The position numbers and the translations under genes were made by a program. The notes beneath the pieces are model-generated. The model made no database searches and was not told the DNA's origin. It was given only the letters and a program-made list of their open reading frames with translations. DNA of 62,839 nt, the filler included, from Choristocarpus tenellus KU-1152 (Eukaryota > Protista > Phaeophyceae): NCBI GenBank assembly GCA_964200185.2. It is 8 parts of 8 records of this genome, joined end to end, with 100 filler letters (N's around TTAATTAATTAA, not from the genome) between each part and the next. Parts side by side here need not be neighbours in the genome. Positions count along the whole stretch, not along the records: positions 1 to 4,677 come from CAXNAD020013504.1; positions 4,778 to 11,421 come from CAXNAD020007680.1; positions 11,522 to 33,225 come from CAXNAD020000329.1; 5 more parts are not named here. One strand, given 5' to 3'. Each line of letters starts with the position of its first letter. The first letter of the stretch is position 1. Of the stretch, positions 1 through 13,237 are shown piece by piece.

Positions 1-1467
1 AAACGCACTTTTCCTGATTTTGGTCCAAATGGACACCCTGGTCTAGACCCCCCCCCTCCCAGATACTTTGGGTCATCTCCACAGGGAGGATCATTTGGAG
101 AGCAGTCAATCACTCCCAGTGTCACACAAAAAATCTCTTAGAGAGGTGCCTTAGCATTGATGACAGCTACTGTTGCTATATTTACAGTATTCCTTGTAAT
201 ATAGTTTTATTTTTCCTTGACACACATGCAAAATGTCTGAGGGCATAATAATATGTGTCATTGAGGGATGTATGAATGGTGAATGACAGCATGTTGATGT
301 AAGTTCATAGAAATAATCTTCAAGAAGTGACTTGGGTTTTAAACATAATAGTATGTAGTGGAGGGTTCCACAATGCGAGGGGTTGCACCGTAGATATAAC
401 GAGTGGGGAATACTCAGGTGAGCAATGACACAATGGTGTAAATTTATGTACTGTCTCATAATGAAAATGTCTTGAAGATTGTATGAACATACTAGAAAAA
501 CTTAAGGGATATCTCTTGAATTGGGGAGTTGGTGACTTGTATCACGACTGGTAAGTGATGATGTCATGTGTATGTGGTAAATTTGATAAATTTCAAGGGA
601 TTGTGCAACCAAATGAGCCTGTGAGAAAACCCACCCTCATTTACTGTACCCCATCAAACTAACGAAAAAATGCTTAATATGAACAAAAAAACACTTCAAA
701 CTCAAAACAATGTCCAAAGCACTCTACCCTTTCGCAGCGATTTTTTTACTCATACCACATTCATACTCAAGAAAGGCCTTGCAGTTGAACAAGAGCTACC
801 ATCATATTGCTGCTGCACTTCTTCTTTCTAAGTTCCATGTCTATAAAATTAAAATTTGGACTACTAACACCCCAGACTGCACGATTGCTTTCACTCATTG
901 CTCACTCCATTTGAGCCTCCTCATTGGCCTGTCATAGATGTGAATGTGGATGGTATTAAGAAAAAGCTACAGCTATAGCTGGCAGATGTAGTCAGGTGAA
1001 CCAGTCACACAGCAGCGTGCTACTTGAAATTATGTGTCACTAAGAGCAAGGTCATCATACAGTGTTGAGCAAGATAGATTTGCATTTCATATGTACCAGA
1101 ATGTTTTTGCTGTCACACTCATAAAGCACCAACACAAATGCTGTTCTGTGTACGCCGTGCACGATAAATTATTGCAAGGTGATCTGGATAGGAGACGCTA
1201 CAAGCTCTAAAGCTCTTCGTCGAGGAACTTTGGAAAGGCCAACACAATGAAAAATGCCATACTATGAACGGCACAGTATCAAACCTTCTAGGCAACAGAA
1301 ATTGCTTCAACATATTTTTTCATTACTTTACGGGGGAAGAGAGTTGGTAGACTCATTATTTGGCTGGCAGGGTGGATCGTTGCACACCTGAGAAAAAGTA
1401 AACGAGAGTTACCAGAGTTTAATTTTAATGATGCTGGTAAATATTAGTGTGTAAAAATTGGCATTTA

Positions 1468-1570
1468 TTACAAAAAGTGTATAGAATGATTTCCGCATTG
1501 TGTCGAAAAGTTTCAAGCAAGACAGAAATCAACCTTCTAAAGTCAAACTTAGCACTTCACCCATAGAAAA
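1468..1570. repeat. Dispersed repeat, inverted copy at 59332-59435
   Basis: Shared TTTCCG.ATT.TGTCGAAAAGTTTCAA...AGAAATC.ACC.TCT...CTTCA.CCATA.AAA. Confidence 0.65.
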
Positions 1571-4500
1571 ATTCGCTTAGAATGCAAAACGATCAGAATA
1601 TGGGTACCTCTTATTTCCTTCGGCTCACCTGTTCAGGAAAATCGAGACCATTGCTTGGCAGATTTGGCAGCATTTTCTTTCTCAACTTCCCACTCTTGCC
1701 AATGAGCACTTTGTAGTGCCCATGGCGAAAGTAGCTGCATACACATATTTCACAACTTTTGGGGGAATACCACCCCAGGCCTCCAGCAGGGTGTTGCCAA
1801 CCCCTTCGCTGGAATAGGCCTGTGGATCATGCACTAAAGGAAAAATTGGGAGGGGAGGGAGTGGAGACAATTATCAATACCAACGTGTGCAAAGCTCCAT
1901 TAGATAAACACAAATAGAGCCAGAAAGGGAAAGATTCGTTGGGCACATTCTGGTCACTCTTGCCTCCAGCATGCCCTCTTCATTGACCCTCCTAACAAAA
2001 GTGATATGGAGGCCCATTCCATGCTTCCCCTGCCTCTGCAGATGGGGCTACATCCTGACAAAGACAACTCGCGTCCTGGGCTTCCTGCTGGAAGTAGTCG
2101 CCTGATATTTCCTGTGGGTGTTCCAAAGAATTTTGTTTCAACAGGCAGGTATGAATCGGATCCAGTATGTTCATTGCGATAGATCACACTGACAGACTGT
2201 CTGGCGGTTGAGAGTTGTTTATGGCTACATACCAAGCGTTTAGTTTGCAGTCAAGCTTTGGCCCACGAAAAGATTCCAGAGTTCAGGGATAGAGACAGCA
2301 CAATAGAGCTTAATGATGATGTAGCCTAATTCAGCGGAATTTTGGTACTAATGTGGGCAGGACTATTTTTAGAGCAAATCTCATCGCTTTCTTGACATGG
2401 CTTCTCACAAGGGACAAGCGATACAAGTGTGCCATGCGGCCAAGGAGCACCAAGCCTCTATCTAAAGGTGTCGATTACTAAGAGTACCCAGTCAACACTT
2501 GCACCCTTTCCTTCAGACAGTGTATGCAAGAAGCTAAGGGCACAACATACATCTTTTTCGTAGGATTCCTTGGCTCCAATGTCTTCAACATAGCAGCCCT
2601 TGGACCATAAATCGATTATCAGCGTCGAAGAGAAGAAGGGAGATGATATGTTCAAATAAAGGTGATTCTTACAGCTATTAAGTCGTTAGGTATTCCACTA
2701 TATATAGATATAAGTTAGTCGAGATTCAATGATGTTCTGGCAAGCATCGAACTCTCCTATTTGCAGGACAGTACAATGACGTTCTGCGTATTTGTTGATG
2801 ATAATAGTAGCATTGTGGCCTTACCAGTTAGGACTTCAGAAAAACGGTGTTCCCCACTTATTGCTCTCCGCCCATACAAAACATTTCTTGTGTTGCCTCT
2901 AGTAACACACTGTAATGGTGACTTTCCTGCTCAGGCTGAAAGAACCAATGTGCTACAGAGCTACAGTACTTTTATGGTGGTGGCTCTCAAACATAGATCT
3001 ACACTTTGGCACGTGCTTAAGGTGAGGGTTGAGCAGCACCCTTTCTTTAGCATGTGCGTATGTGTATGTAGAGAGTGACTTTACTTTCTCAGTGGTTCGT
3101 GTCTTCATAGAACCGGTGAACTTGACCAAAGATAATGTGCACAACGACCACAAAATACATATAACGCATTATACTTTAGATAAGAGTACCTGCTTGACGG
3201 TCAAAAATTGGCCTGTTCAACCCATCACCTTCAATCACTCTATTGAATAGGTGCCAAATATGCTAGATCTTTACCCACAAACAGTATATGAGCATTACAA
3301 TATTTCATGGGTACAGACGTATTTTCCAGATGTTGTCATGGTGAAGAAAGAAAGATCATCCAATAGAACGTACACGACAGTGGGGTCTGCATTGATTACA
3401 TAGCAAAGGCCTTGCTGCGCAGAAGTTACCACAGTTACATCCCATGACGATAAGCATATGATACAGCTATGTTATCATGATCATACCATCTGCAAGGTGT
3501 CAATGGGCATGAAGCAATACTGTTCTACTCACAATTGTTGCTGCCACGGCCTCATCAAATGGACGAGTTGAACAGTTTGCAAGGCATGCATTACTTGCAA
3601 AGCAAATTGCAACGCCTTAGACCATCACCCCTTGCAACGGCCCCTTACAAGTGCAGGTTCTTTTGGCATAGCAAAACCGAGCACCTGCACTGATTTTCTA
3701 TTGTTATGCATACTCTCCATGTAAATGTGCATGGATGTGCAATGGAAGGTGGCCTCTCGACATATATTATTGAGGTTGGGGTGACAAGTGACTGGGTAGG
3801 AGAAAGGTAGCTGGTTCACACACAACCAAACTGCACATACATGCATGGGTACACCAAGAAAAAGCATGCAGAGGATGCAACACATTTTGAACTAACCGTT
3901 CGAGTGTCAATGGACTTATAACTGGCAAAAGCTACACAGCTTCATTTCTAGTTGCAACATCTGCATCAAAGCTATTTTCAAATTCCGTCTAGTGACTGGA
4001 GGTTTCATGGAAATGAGCCCTGCTATCTAACTGGAAAATCAATATACCTTCTAGTGTAGATTCACAATTTCATAAAATCAAGGTAAGAGACTACATATAG
4101 TGCCCCCCCTTGTCAACGTACCGCCTATATCCCTCTTACTACTATTATAATCTTGTATGAAATGATCAGCATAAACGCCACGGTAATGATTATAGTCAAC
4201 CACATACGATCAAAACACAATAAAAGGTTTCGCCATGGCTGTGTATCCAAGACTGAGTGTACGGACAGAATCACTTGAGCAGGTGTACCCAGACATATTC
4301 ACACGCAAAGACAAAAACCAGTTCCTATTCACAATCATCAGCACCTTGCCCAAGATCAGCATGACCCGATATACGCGTTTCTCAGACATAGATATCTCAC
4401 ACCAATCACAAAAATTAGAAGCAATAACTCATGACAAACGCAACTGCATGACTAGGTTGTGTAGAATACTTTCCTCAACTTCTCTCACATCCAAACCCTG

Positions 4501-4677
4501 TACATGATCCACACGCCAATAAGAATCGTGTTGTTATTCACGGCATGTCTTAGGTTCATTTAAATCAATGTATCGTGATTGGTTGTGAAGAGATTGATGA
4601 GAAATACATTTTCAATCATGGCTATACAGTACCTACCCCGATTTTGTTCACTCATGGGCATGCCCGAAAAAAGCGGC

Positions 4678-4777
4678 NNNNNNNNNNNNNNNNNNNNNNN
4701 NNNNNNNNNNNNNNNNNNNNNTTAATTAATTAANNNNNNNNNNNNNNNNNNNNNNNNNNNNNNNNNNNNNNNNNNNN
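4678..4777. other. Artificial contig linker (N44-TTAATTAATTAA-N44)
   Basis: Exactly 100 nt with a six-frame-stop 12-mer in the middle; identical to six other linkers. Confidence 0.99.
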
Positions 4778-4787
4778 CCCTCCTCAC

Positions 4788-7700
4788 CTTGCAGTGGACA
4801 CCCCCGTCCCTCTTGTTGAGGTTCTGGTCCACAACCTACTCACTCCCCATTGCCCCTGTTTGTGGAGTGTTACAAGGACAACACCCGCAAGGATCGACAG
4901 GAGAAGCCCAATGGAATCCGCTAGTTGCACCGCCTGATCAATGATGTAGAGAGGGTACGCATTGGCAAACACGCCACACGCCATGGTGACCAAGGTTCCT
5001 CACAACTCCCCATCCCGTATTATCTGTTCTACACAGTACATTAGTGTACACTATACCCTTAAAAGGAACTCCTGTCACACCACAAAAAAGGTACACCAAA
5101 GCCTCATCTAAAGAGCCGCTTAAGAAATGGAGACACACGTATCATTTCACGATCACGCCCACTTCAGCACTGATACACACTCATAAAAAAAAGCAAAAAA
5201 AAGAGGGTCATGACCTTCACACGTACACTCACTATGTACTTTCATTAAACCTCCAACATATTTTGAACTGGATGCCACCAACAGCACTGTGGGGGTACTT
5301 ACTCCCTTCAACTATTACCCTTCATAGTATTCCTTGAACCAGGACCAGACTGTCTCTCACCAACCTGAGGACCAAGCCAACAGATGGAAATTTACCAGGT
5401 ATAACCACATATTCTCTCTGTTCACCGTATCACTGTCACTGATCACCTCATGTGCCCACTCCCCCACAATGCGAGCCGAAGAAAAAGCAGTTACATCACG
5501 TCCAGTCTCCAATCCCAGTGTGACCAACGCTCCCAAGTATGGGGAAACCTCAGGGTTGCCGAGTCGGAAGAGGCCAACCACTCCCAGTGCCATACAAGAC
5601 TGCCCCCAAATGAGTACCTATCAAGGTAGGTAGTGTTGGAAAGAGCAGAGAGGAATAGGTGGGGGGGAAGAGTGGTAATAAATGTGAATCTTAAGGCACT
5701 AACTAAGCATGTGGCTTTCATAGAGTACATTTGTTCTTGATGACACGAGCAAAGAGAACAGTTGCTATGGGGGTGGGAGTCTGGATTTTCATGGGGGTAC
5801 TGTGCACGCACGAAAGGCAACATCTCATCCAATGGGACGGACCGTACCGCACATGGCACCAATAAGATGCCTTCATTCACCCTGCAACATTTCCTACTCC
5901 TTTAAATATTACAACAAATAAACGACGGCACCGCTGTGAGTAGCAAACAAACAGTAATGCACTCAACCATCATTACAAAGGCTCAAGGCACCAAAACCAC
6001 CCTCCTCTGCTCCCATCCCAGACCCTCTTCTCCCGAGTCTCCTTCTCGTGCCTCAAATACATGATGCATAGAACACCAACTTTAGTGTCCTAGAATTAAC
6101 CCCCGCCCCCCCTGCCCCCACCTGAAAAAATCAAGCACACGAGCTAACCAAAAACTGACAGGAGACGACGCCAAGCCCCACTGTGCAACAAAGCCTCCCT
6201 CCCTAACTCACGAACAATAAAACTCTCTCAACCATGGATACAAAGAAAAGGGTGAACGTGCTCGCGATCCCAACCGACATGCCGCACCTGACTATAGATG
6301 AGCATGGGCATGGCCTCGTGCCAAATGGTGTGAAGGACAACCCGGGTTCGGGGTACGTAGGTCCCCATGCTTGCAAACCCGAGCATAAAAGCCACAAACG
6401 TGAAATTGATCAGGTTTACCACCACCTTTTTGCGTGTCCAACAGCGAACGTCAGAGCAGGGTGTGGGGGGGCAAGGGGACACACACTTACGCACACACAT
6501 AAAAAAATAATATATATTTTTAAACATTGATAGTGACTACAAACCGTACTGCAAAAAGAGTGTAAAAAAAAAAGCATGCGTGTTATTTAAACATTACGTA
6601 TTTCAGCTGCACGACAGCAGCAGCACCTCAACTATATTTTCGTAAGGCAATGAATGTTATAAAGACAGTGCACATCAGATAAAGAAAAAAATTACTGTGC
6701 GATGCCGTACTCCAGTGCACTTTACTACTATGCACCCACCCCAAGGATAAAAAAAAATACTCTCCTCGTCAGGTGGTGGGTGTGCAACCAAACATAAGAG
6801 TTCGACGAAAGGGTCAGGCGTTGTAGAGAGTTATTAACTCATAGTTGCAAATGTGTTGAAAATAATCACGCTACAAAATACCGGGGGATAGAACGAATAG
6901 ACAAGGTTGCGAGACAAAAAAAGGTACACCTGCAATACGCATCAGCACTGTTGATAGGGTAAGAAAAAACCCCTCTTGATCCTAAAAAGCAACGACTAAC
7001 TCGATGGGGCATACACCAGCCAGGACACAACACAGACACACACACACACAACAAAATGAGAACAAGTGTTGCCTAATGAACTTGAACAAGAGTCCTCCAT
7101 TGCGTTTTCACTGGTTGGGATGCAAACTGAGGGAGAAACAGGATAGATCGTGGAGGCGTGTGTGGCATATTGGAGTGAATGTATTGGCTATCCAGGTGCA
7201 AAAGACTACAAGAAAGAGGACATGCAGGTCTTGTGGTGTGTCTGGGGTGGCCCAAGGTCATCCAGAAGCACAAGACCACAAGCCGTGTCGAACTCTTCAC
7301 GGGTACTGACTCTTTTAAAATGCTTGCTTTTAAAAACTGCAAATATTGTTACCACTGCTGCTGCTTCTACTACTCTACTGCTAATACATAGTCCTACAGT
7401 GGTTGGGCAGAATCTGTCTGTATCTGCAAGAAATAATCTACGCGATCAGTCTGCTGATAGACCTCACAACTTCATCAAAGTGTTGAAAACAAGGGGAGAA
7501 ATTGCAAAGGGTGGTGCTTTATTGGGAACTGCTTTTGCATATGAGTGCCCAGATGGACTTCGCCGACAGGGTGGATGACGGGAATGTTGAACAGTGCCGA
7601 GTCCCGAGTAGTTTATTCGATGCGAAACAGTAAATGGCCCTACAATCAAACACAGTCGGGTACATACGACGCATAATTAGATCTTCCCCTATCCTGTGCT

Positions 7701-8710
7701 CTGAAACTCTAACCTCTGGTCAACAGGATAAATCTATCAAAATCACAGAAAAGGTGCTCTTTAGAACCAAGAGAGAAAAAATAGTGATTGTTTTGGATCA
7801 CAAAGTACGTCAGCTCTGATTGGGATCTCACCCTTTCCATCAGATATTACAAGTATAGAGCATAGTTTAATATGTGAACGAGAGACACGTTGTTTTCCTT
7901 GTAAGTACACGTACACGCGCGGGTTGATGCAGGATGAGGAAGGGGCTAATCCAGTGTACTTGCAGCATTGGACATATTGCAATTCGGATCTCAGCTGGGG
8001 ACAAAATCTTAGAGATTGCAAGCACTGCAAAGTTAGTACGACCTTGTGTGCTACCTTGCCATGATTGTGATTGTTAAAAAAGATTAAAACAGAAGATTCC
8101 TCCTCTATCTCGATTGGATTCAAGACATGGCACAATCCAGACTGTCAAACCGAAAGTAATCTCACCGTCACTATGAAAAACTCACACTCATGATTTATCC
8201 TATGTAGCTTGCTGTCAACAGGCAAACCCCTAACTTCAGCAGGTAAGCAAACTGAAGTAATGCACGATCAAGACCAATCCCTCTTTCACTCCCAGGACAG
8301 ATGCAAGCGACTGCAGATACAAACGTCTCTCTCGTAATCCAAACAAAAAGAATGCGAGCATGAGTACACATAAAAGCCTCAGCCCACTCTGGAGTAATCA
8401 CCTCGGAGAGGCCCTCATCCACCAGACTCTTCACTCCAGAAGCTTCAAGCAGTCCGCTGAAAACGCGGTAGATAGCGCACCCCAGCAGACCAGCGATGGC
8501 TGCCGGTGGAATCACCGTCCTGCGCAACAAAGGGATTCGATCCCAGTAATAGCTGATAAACTTTCCAGTTGACAGTAAAAGGGCCAAGCCACCAAGGAGG
8601 GCCACCCCTCGGTAGTGCATGGCCCACTCATACAGACTCTCGCTAACATCTGTGCCATCCGCGCCACTAGCATCAATAGGAACGAAAGAAAGGTTATCCT
8701 GATGGGCCAT
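4788..8710 (-). CDS. Sodium/glutamate symporter (GltS/ESS family)-like membrane protein, spliced, 3'-partial
   Basis: Exons 8710-8402, 6425-6288, 5617-5426 (alternative donor after 5447) and 4933-4788, with in-phase GT-AG introns. Peptides LLRRTVIPPAAIAGLLG, NLINFTFVAFMLG...IWHEAMPMLIYSQ|VLIWGQ, PYLGALVTLGLETG and QLADSIGLLLSILAGVVLV follow the order of GltS-family N-terminal motifs. Runs off the contig. Confidence 0.75.
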
Positions 8711-9535
8711 TCTATAATTCGCCTTGAGGCAGGAACGCAGGCACCACAGCCAGGGGGAACACTTTCAAAATCAGACTCGTGTCGAATGCCTTGTCGACAT
8801 GAACCTCGTGCGCTTTGCAGGGGAAACCTAACCCTAGACGCAGTGAGAAGTCAGCTTCAACGCTATCAATGCGAAGCAATGGCACACCGTTGACCAAGGA
8901 GTCGAGCTCTCCTCGATCCTGTTCTCAAAGTGGATGTGGACTTATCTTAGTTGTTGTCCTCTCATTGTATCGAAGGTTTGACTTTGTTCCCTGCGCGCGA
9001 CAGAAAAAGTGTTTTGGTTTTGGTTATGTATATAATGTTCAATGTTCAATGTTCAACCATACAGTATTCCACCTATTTTCAAGGATCATATCTTTTATTC
9101 CCAAATCACTACTGGCTGCAAATCAAAGACAGAAGTCAGTGACGGTATATGTTTAAAAGCCATTCCGCGCGCAAAAAATGCATCTCCACAACATAGTTTC
9201 TGTTATGTCCCTTGACCTCTCTCACCAATCGTAAGTCACAACACACAACATACAGATTTCGTCGTAGTCATGTACCTTTGCCTTTCAGCCTACTTGGTGA
9301 ACTACTTTTAGGTTCAATCACTCATAGCGTTTCATCTTTAAGGGAGAACAAGGAAACTGAACTGTATTTTTCGAGCGTCGCACGTTATCGATTTGTTGAG
9401 AAAGCTTGGTTCTTATCTTATCTATTGTTGGTGTCTTGACCAAAACGTTGTGCAAGGGAGTACACCATTTAAGTATTGTATCCAAGTTAACATCGAACAA
9501 GCGTCGCCATCGTAGGTGAGGCCTCGAAAGTCGAA
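8711..9535. promoter_or_regulatory. Divergent (head-to-head) intergenic/promoter region
   Basis: 825 nt between the ATGs of the GltS-like (-) and UBR-box (+) genes; no specific motifs assigned. Confidence 0.5.
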
Positions 9536-11406
9536 ATGGGAACGCGTTGGGTGGAGAGGCTAGTCGGAAGAGATGGGAATGTTATCTGGGTACGAAGTAG
9601 TTCGAGAGTTCTCCCTGACCCTGCAGTGCTGGTGAAGGAGATTTCCAGAGATGGCGTTACAGGCAAGTATTGGCGAAGGTTAATAGCCAGCTCGTACAGG
9701 GTAGATTGCGCAAACGAAGTGCCTTGAAGTTCTCTTAGTGCTTAGGATATCTTCAATATACTTGTGGTATCAGCCTACATCAAAATCAACTCAGAGGGTA
9801 GGTACGGATGTTCATCGCTTGCCTCAGTGGATGGTCAATTATCTCCCAAGAAAATTTGGGTACTGGTCGCCTTCCCTCCAACCTTCAACTTCAGTTGAAC
9901 CCCTTTCCCTTCCCCCATCATGCCGTATTGTTGTTCAGACTATGCTCTCCTGCGACAGTGTGTGACTGTGGTTCTGGAGAATGCAAGTCCGCACAAGGTG
10001 TCCAGCTGGTGTGGCTGGCTGTTGGCCTTGGGAGAGCCCTCCGCTACAATGGAGGCACTACGTGCTAAAAGAGGCAATAGTAGCAGTAGGTACGCTATGG
10101 ATATGCGTATTCAGCCCTGCAGCCCTACTTTGTTTGAAATGAGGGACTGTCAATGGGAGTACTAACCTCGATTTTGATAGGTCAAGACTCTCTTCTCAAT
10201 ATAAATTGTGGGCTTGGTGCATCCTCCCTCTAATCCGCTCCTTCACCGTCCCATCTCGCTCGCTAGTTCAACCTGCGATCATTACCCATCACCATTTTGT
10301 GACGATCCTATTTCCACACTTCGCAGGCAACGTTCACCCGTCCCAAGCTTTCCCGACTAATCCTTGCATTCCCCTCCAACCATCTTCTCCATCCGAAAGG
10401 ATATGCGGATACGTGTTCCGGCGGGGAGATATTGCATGGAATTGTCGACGTTGCCAGATGGACAGCACCTGTGTGCAGTGCGACTCCTGTTTCCGCAGAT
10501 CTGATCACACAGGGCACCCGGTGAGACGCCGAATCCCCTAGTATCCCTATTTTCTTTTTCTATGCTTGGTCTTCTTTCACATCTGTTTTTCTCCTTTCTC
10601 ACATTCTCCCCCTCTTAGCTCATTCTTCCCACCTTTCCCACCTCTCTCCTTCCCTGCCCCAAACCATCCAATTCATGTCAATTTTCTCTCTGCTGTGACA
10701 TTAAAAAAATATATTTCTAGTCTTCAACAGGAATATTTTAAGATGGAAAGAGAAGGATATAGTAAGGGTATCACATAATCTACATTTTTTTCCTGGACAA
10801 CGTTTTTTAGTTTATTGTGCAAATATGACGCTTTTTTGGCATATGCAGTTTTGTACCTTGCTTGTTTGTTTCAAAGTAGTAGTAGTAAACACTGTGTTGA
10901 TCCCTCCAATTTTTGCTCTGTAAATGCGTAAGGCCAAGATGGTGAAAGCTAGGGCCCACTATAACCCTTCTCTGATTTAGTATAGTGGGATTAGGGAAGG
11001 AATATCGATCACCCCCTCCCCAAACCATGACACTAGATGGTTTTTATATGCCGTTGGCGCAACCATGAGTCTGAAATATCCGGTAGTGGCAAGATTGAGG
11101 GTTAGGGGAAAGCATGAAGACAAGGTGTGCACCAATAGAATTGCCTTCAGAAACATTGAGTCAATCAGATAGGGAAGGCTCTGCCCTAACTCTAACTGAT
11201 ATGGCTATGTTATAACCTACTCCGCTCCTCTGTGCAAGGTATACTTCCACAGAACAGCTCTTGGAGGATGCTGTGACTGTGGTGATGAGGAGGCTTGGGC
11301 TGAAAGTGGGTGTTGCCCCAGGCACAGGCCCAAGAAAGGCGGACCTATGGGTGTGGCGGGTGGGAACTATGCCAATCCTGTGGAAGCCCTTCCTGAATCA
11401 CTGCAG
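9536..11406 (+). CDS. UBR-box N-recognin E3 ubiquitin ligase (UBR1/UBR2/PRT6-like), 5' part
   Basis: Exons 9536-9662, 9939-10089, 10400-10520 and 11239-11406 splice in frame to ICGYVFRRGDIAWNCRRCQMDSTCVQCDSCFRRSDHTGHP|VYFHRTALGGCCDCGDEEAWAESGCCPRH, a canonical UBR zinc finger. Truncated by the contig end. Confidence 0.93.
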
Positions 11407-11421
11407 GTGTTTTGTCTTTTC

Positions 11422-11521
11422 NNNNNNNNNNNNNNNNNNNNNNNNNNNNNNNNNNNNNNNNNNNNTTAATTAATTAANNNNNNNNNNNNNNNNNNNNNNN
11501 NNNNNNNNNNNNNNNNNNNNN
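11422..11521. other. Artificial contig linker
   Basis: N44-TTAATTAATTAA-N44. Confidence 0.99.
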
Positions 11522-13237
11522 TTCCCGGGGGGGGGGGTTCCTTCACATGCTGTTCACTTTTAAACCTCAAGTATTTTGTACAACACAAATGTGTGGCCTT
11601 TTCTTGGATTTGACATATTTTATCTTGTTTGTACTGATCGCCCCTCCCCACTGATGGATGATATTTGTGGGCTCTGTTGCATTTCACTGTGAATGCCCAT
11701 TTGTTGCAGAGTACACTATATTGATTACGTGCATGTAGAAGTATAGAGAGAGCATTTAGCTTTTGCCTCTTTTTTTGATTAACTGGAAGATTGATAACTT
11801 ATGCATCAGCATCATTTATCCCTAGTGTTGTGTACAAGATGCGTGGAGGATCTCTTGCACCTCACCCTCCAAGTTATAATTGAGCATGAAATGCTCGAAA
11901 CTCTCATCCTCCTGGATGTATTATGATCACATCGCAGCAGTGACCTTGGCACATCACATCAACCTTAGACCCCCCACTGCCATACATGTATTCCCCATGG
12001 GACCCTGACATTAGTACTCCAAAATTTTTATCAACCATCATATCTGTGGGCATAGACCATGAGATTGGCACCCCTGTGCACAAGAATAGTTCAGAGGTCC
12101 TGCACCCACTGCCATGAATAACTGTTGAAGGAATATGCTGCTGCCATCGATGATGGCCATGGGCAAAATAGGTACAACTGTACCATCCAGTCGAAACGAC
12201 TGTAACCCTAGTATCAAGAACGGATCTCCAACTATAGACTGGAACATATCATGAGGTCAAATGAATACCACAAAAGTAACTGCGCTGTAATAATTTTCTT
12301 GTATGTGATACTTCTTCCAGATAAAAAACCGCACAATCCAACTTCCCTCCACAACAGTATCTAACCCTGGCAAGGACAACGATGGTCAATGTGATTGTGT
12401 CAATATGTTACGGCTATATACTGTTATACACATGTGGACAAACCTTCACGATCAACAACTGTACAGACAGTGAAAGTGTAACTGTGTAGGGCCCTGATGA
12501 TACTGACCTTAAAGAGGATCAAAATTTTCCATTCCGGTTTTTTCTTATTCATTTCGTGCCATCCAATTTCTCAAAAATCAATTTCTCCATGTCTCTCTCC
12601 CTATAAACCTTTTCCCTCACTACCTGTACCCACTATACATATAACACAGCAAAAACGGTCAAAAAGGGTTTGGGATCTGATCTGGAATTTTGGTGACACA
12701 GTCAGTCTCTTCATACAGTGGCAGTAAAGCAGTATTAGTATAATTCAAAACACATTTTGCTATTCAAGATTAACAAACAAGTATGAAAGAAGAATGCACA
12801 CTTGGAGAAGTGAATACAAGTTGTTTTCTACTGGAATTTCCACACCATACCACCACGAATTTATGGGGTATTTGCGTACTTGCACAGAAGTACATAGCAG
12901 TTGTGAACACAAGGGTAGTATACATTTAAATTATGTGCAACAAAAAGCAACAAACAAAACCTGTAATGCCCCTCCCATGAAATAACATTGGTAACTATTA
13001 ATATTCTGTCATACCACCTTTGTGTTTCAGAAATATCAATTAATTCCTAAATCACGGTACTACTCTCCTTTCATTGAAAAGACAATGGATGATATCAGTG
13101 TTCATGTCATTAGTTTCCATGTTATATTATGCCGATCATTTGTAAACAAAACACACGCACCCTCTCTCAATATTAGGAACTACAAATGCATAGAAAAAAT
13201 ATATAAATAGTACTCCATAGAATGGAAGATGATTCAC

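Noticed and set aside
4722-4733. TTAATTAATTAA palindrome repeated seven times between N runs
   Set aside because: Synthetic stop-codon linker for contig concatenation, not biology; ORFs ending in X..LIN are artefacts
7090-7320. CxxC-containing stretch (RKRTCRSCG) as a Fanzor/TnpB zinc finger
   Set aside because: No RuvC motifs or second CxxC nearby; short, and inside a GltS-like intron
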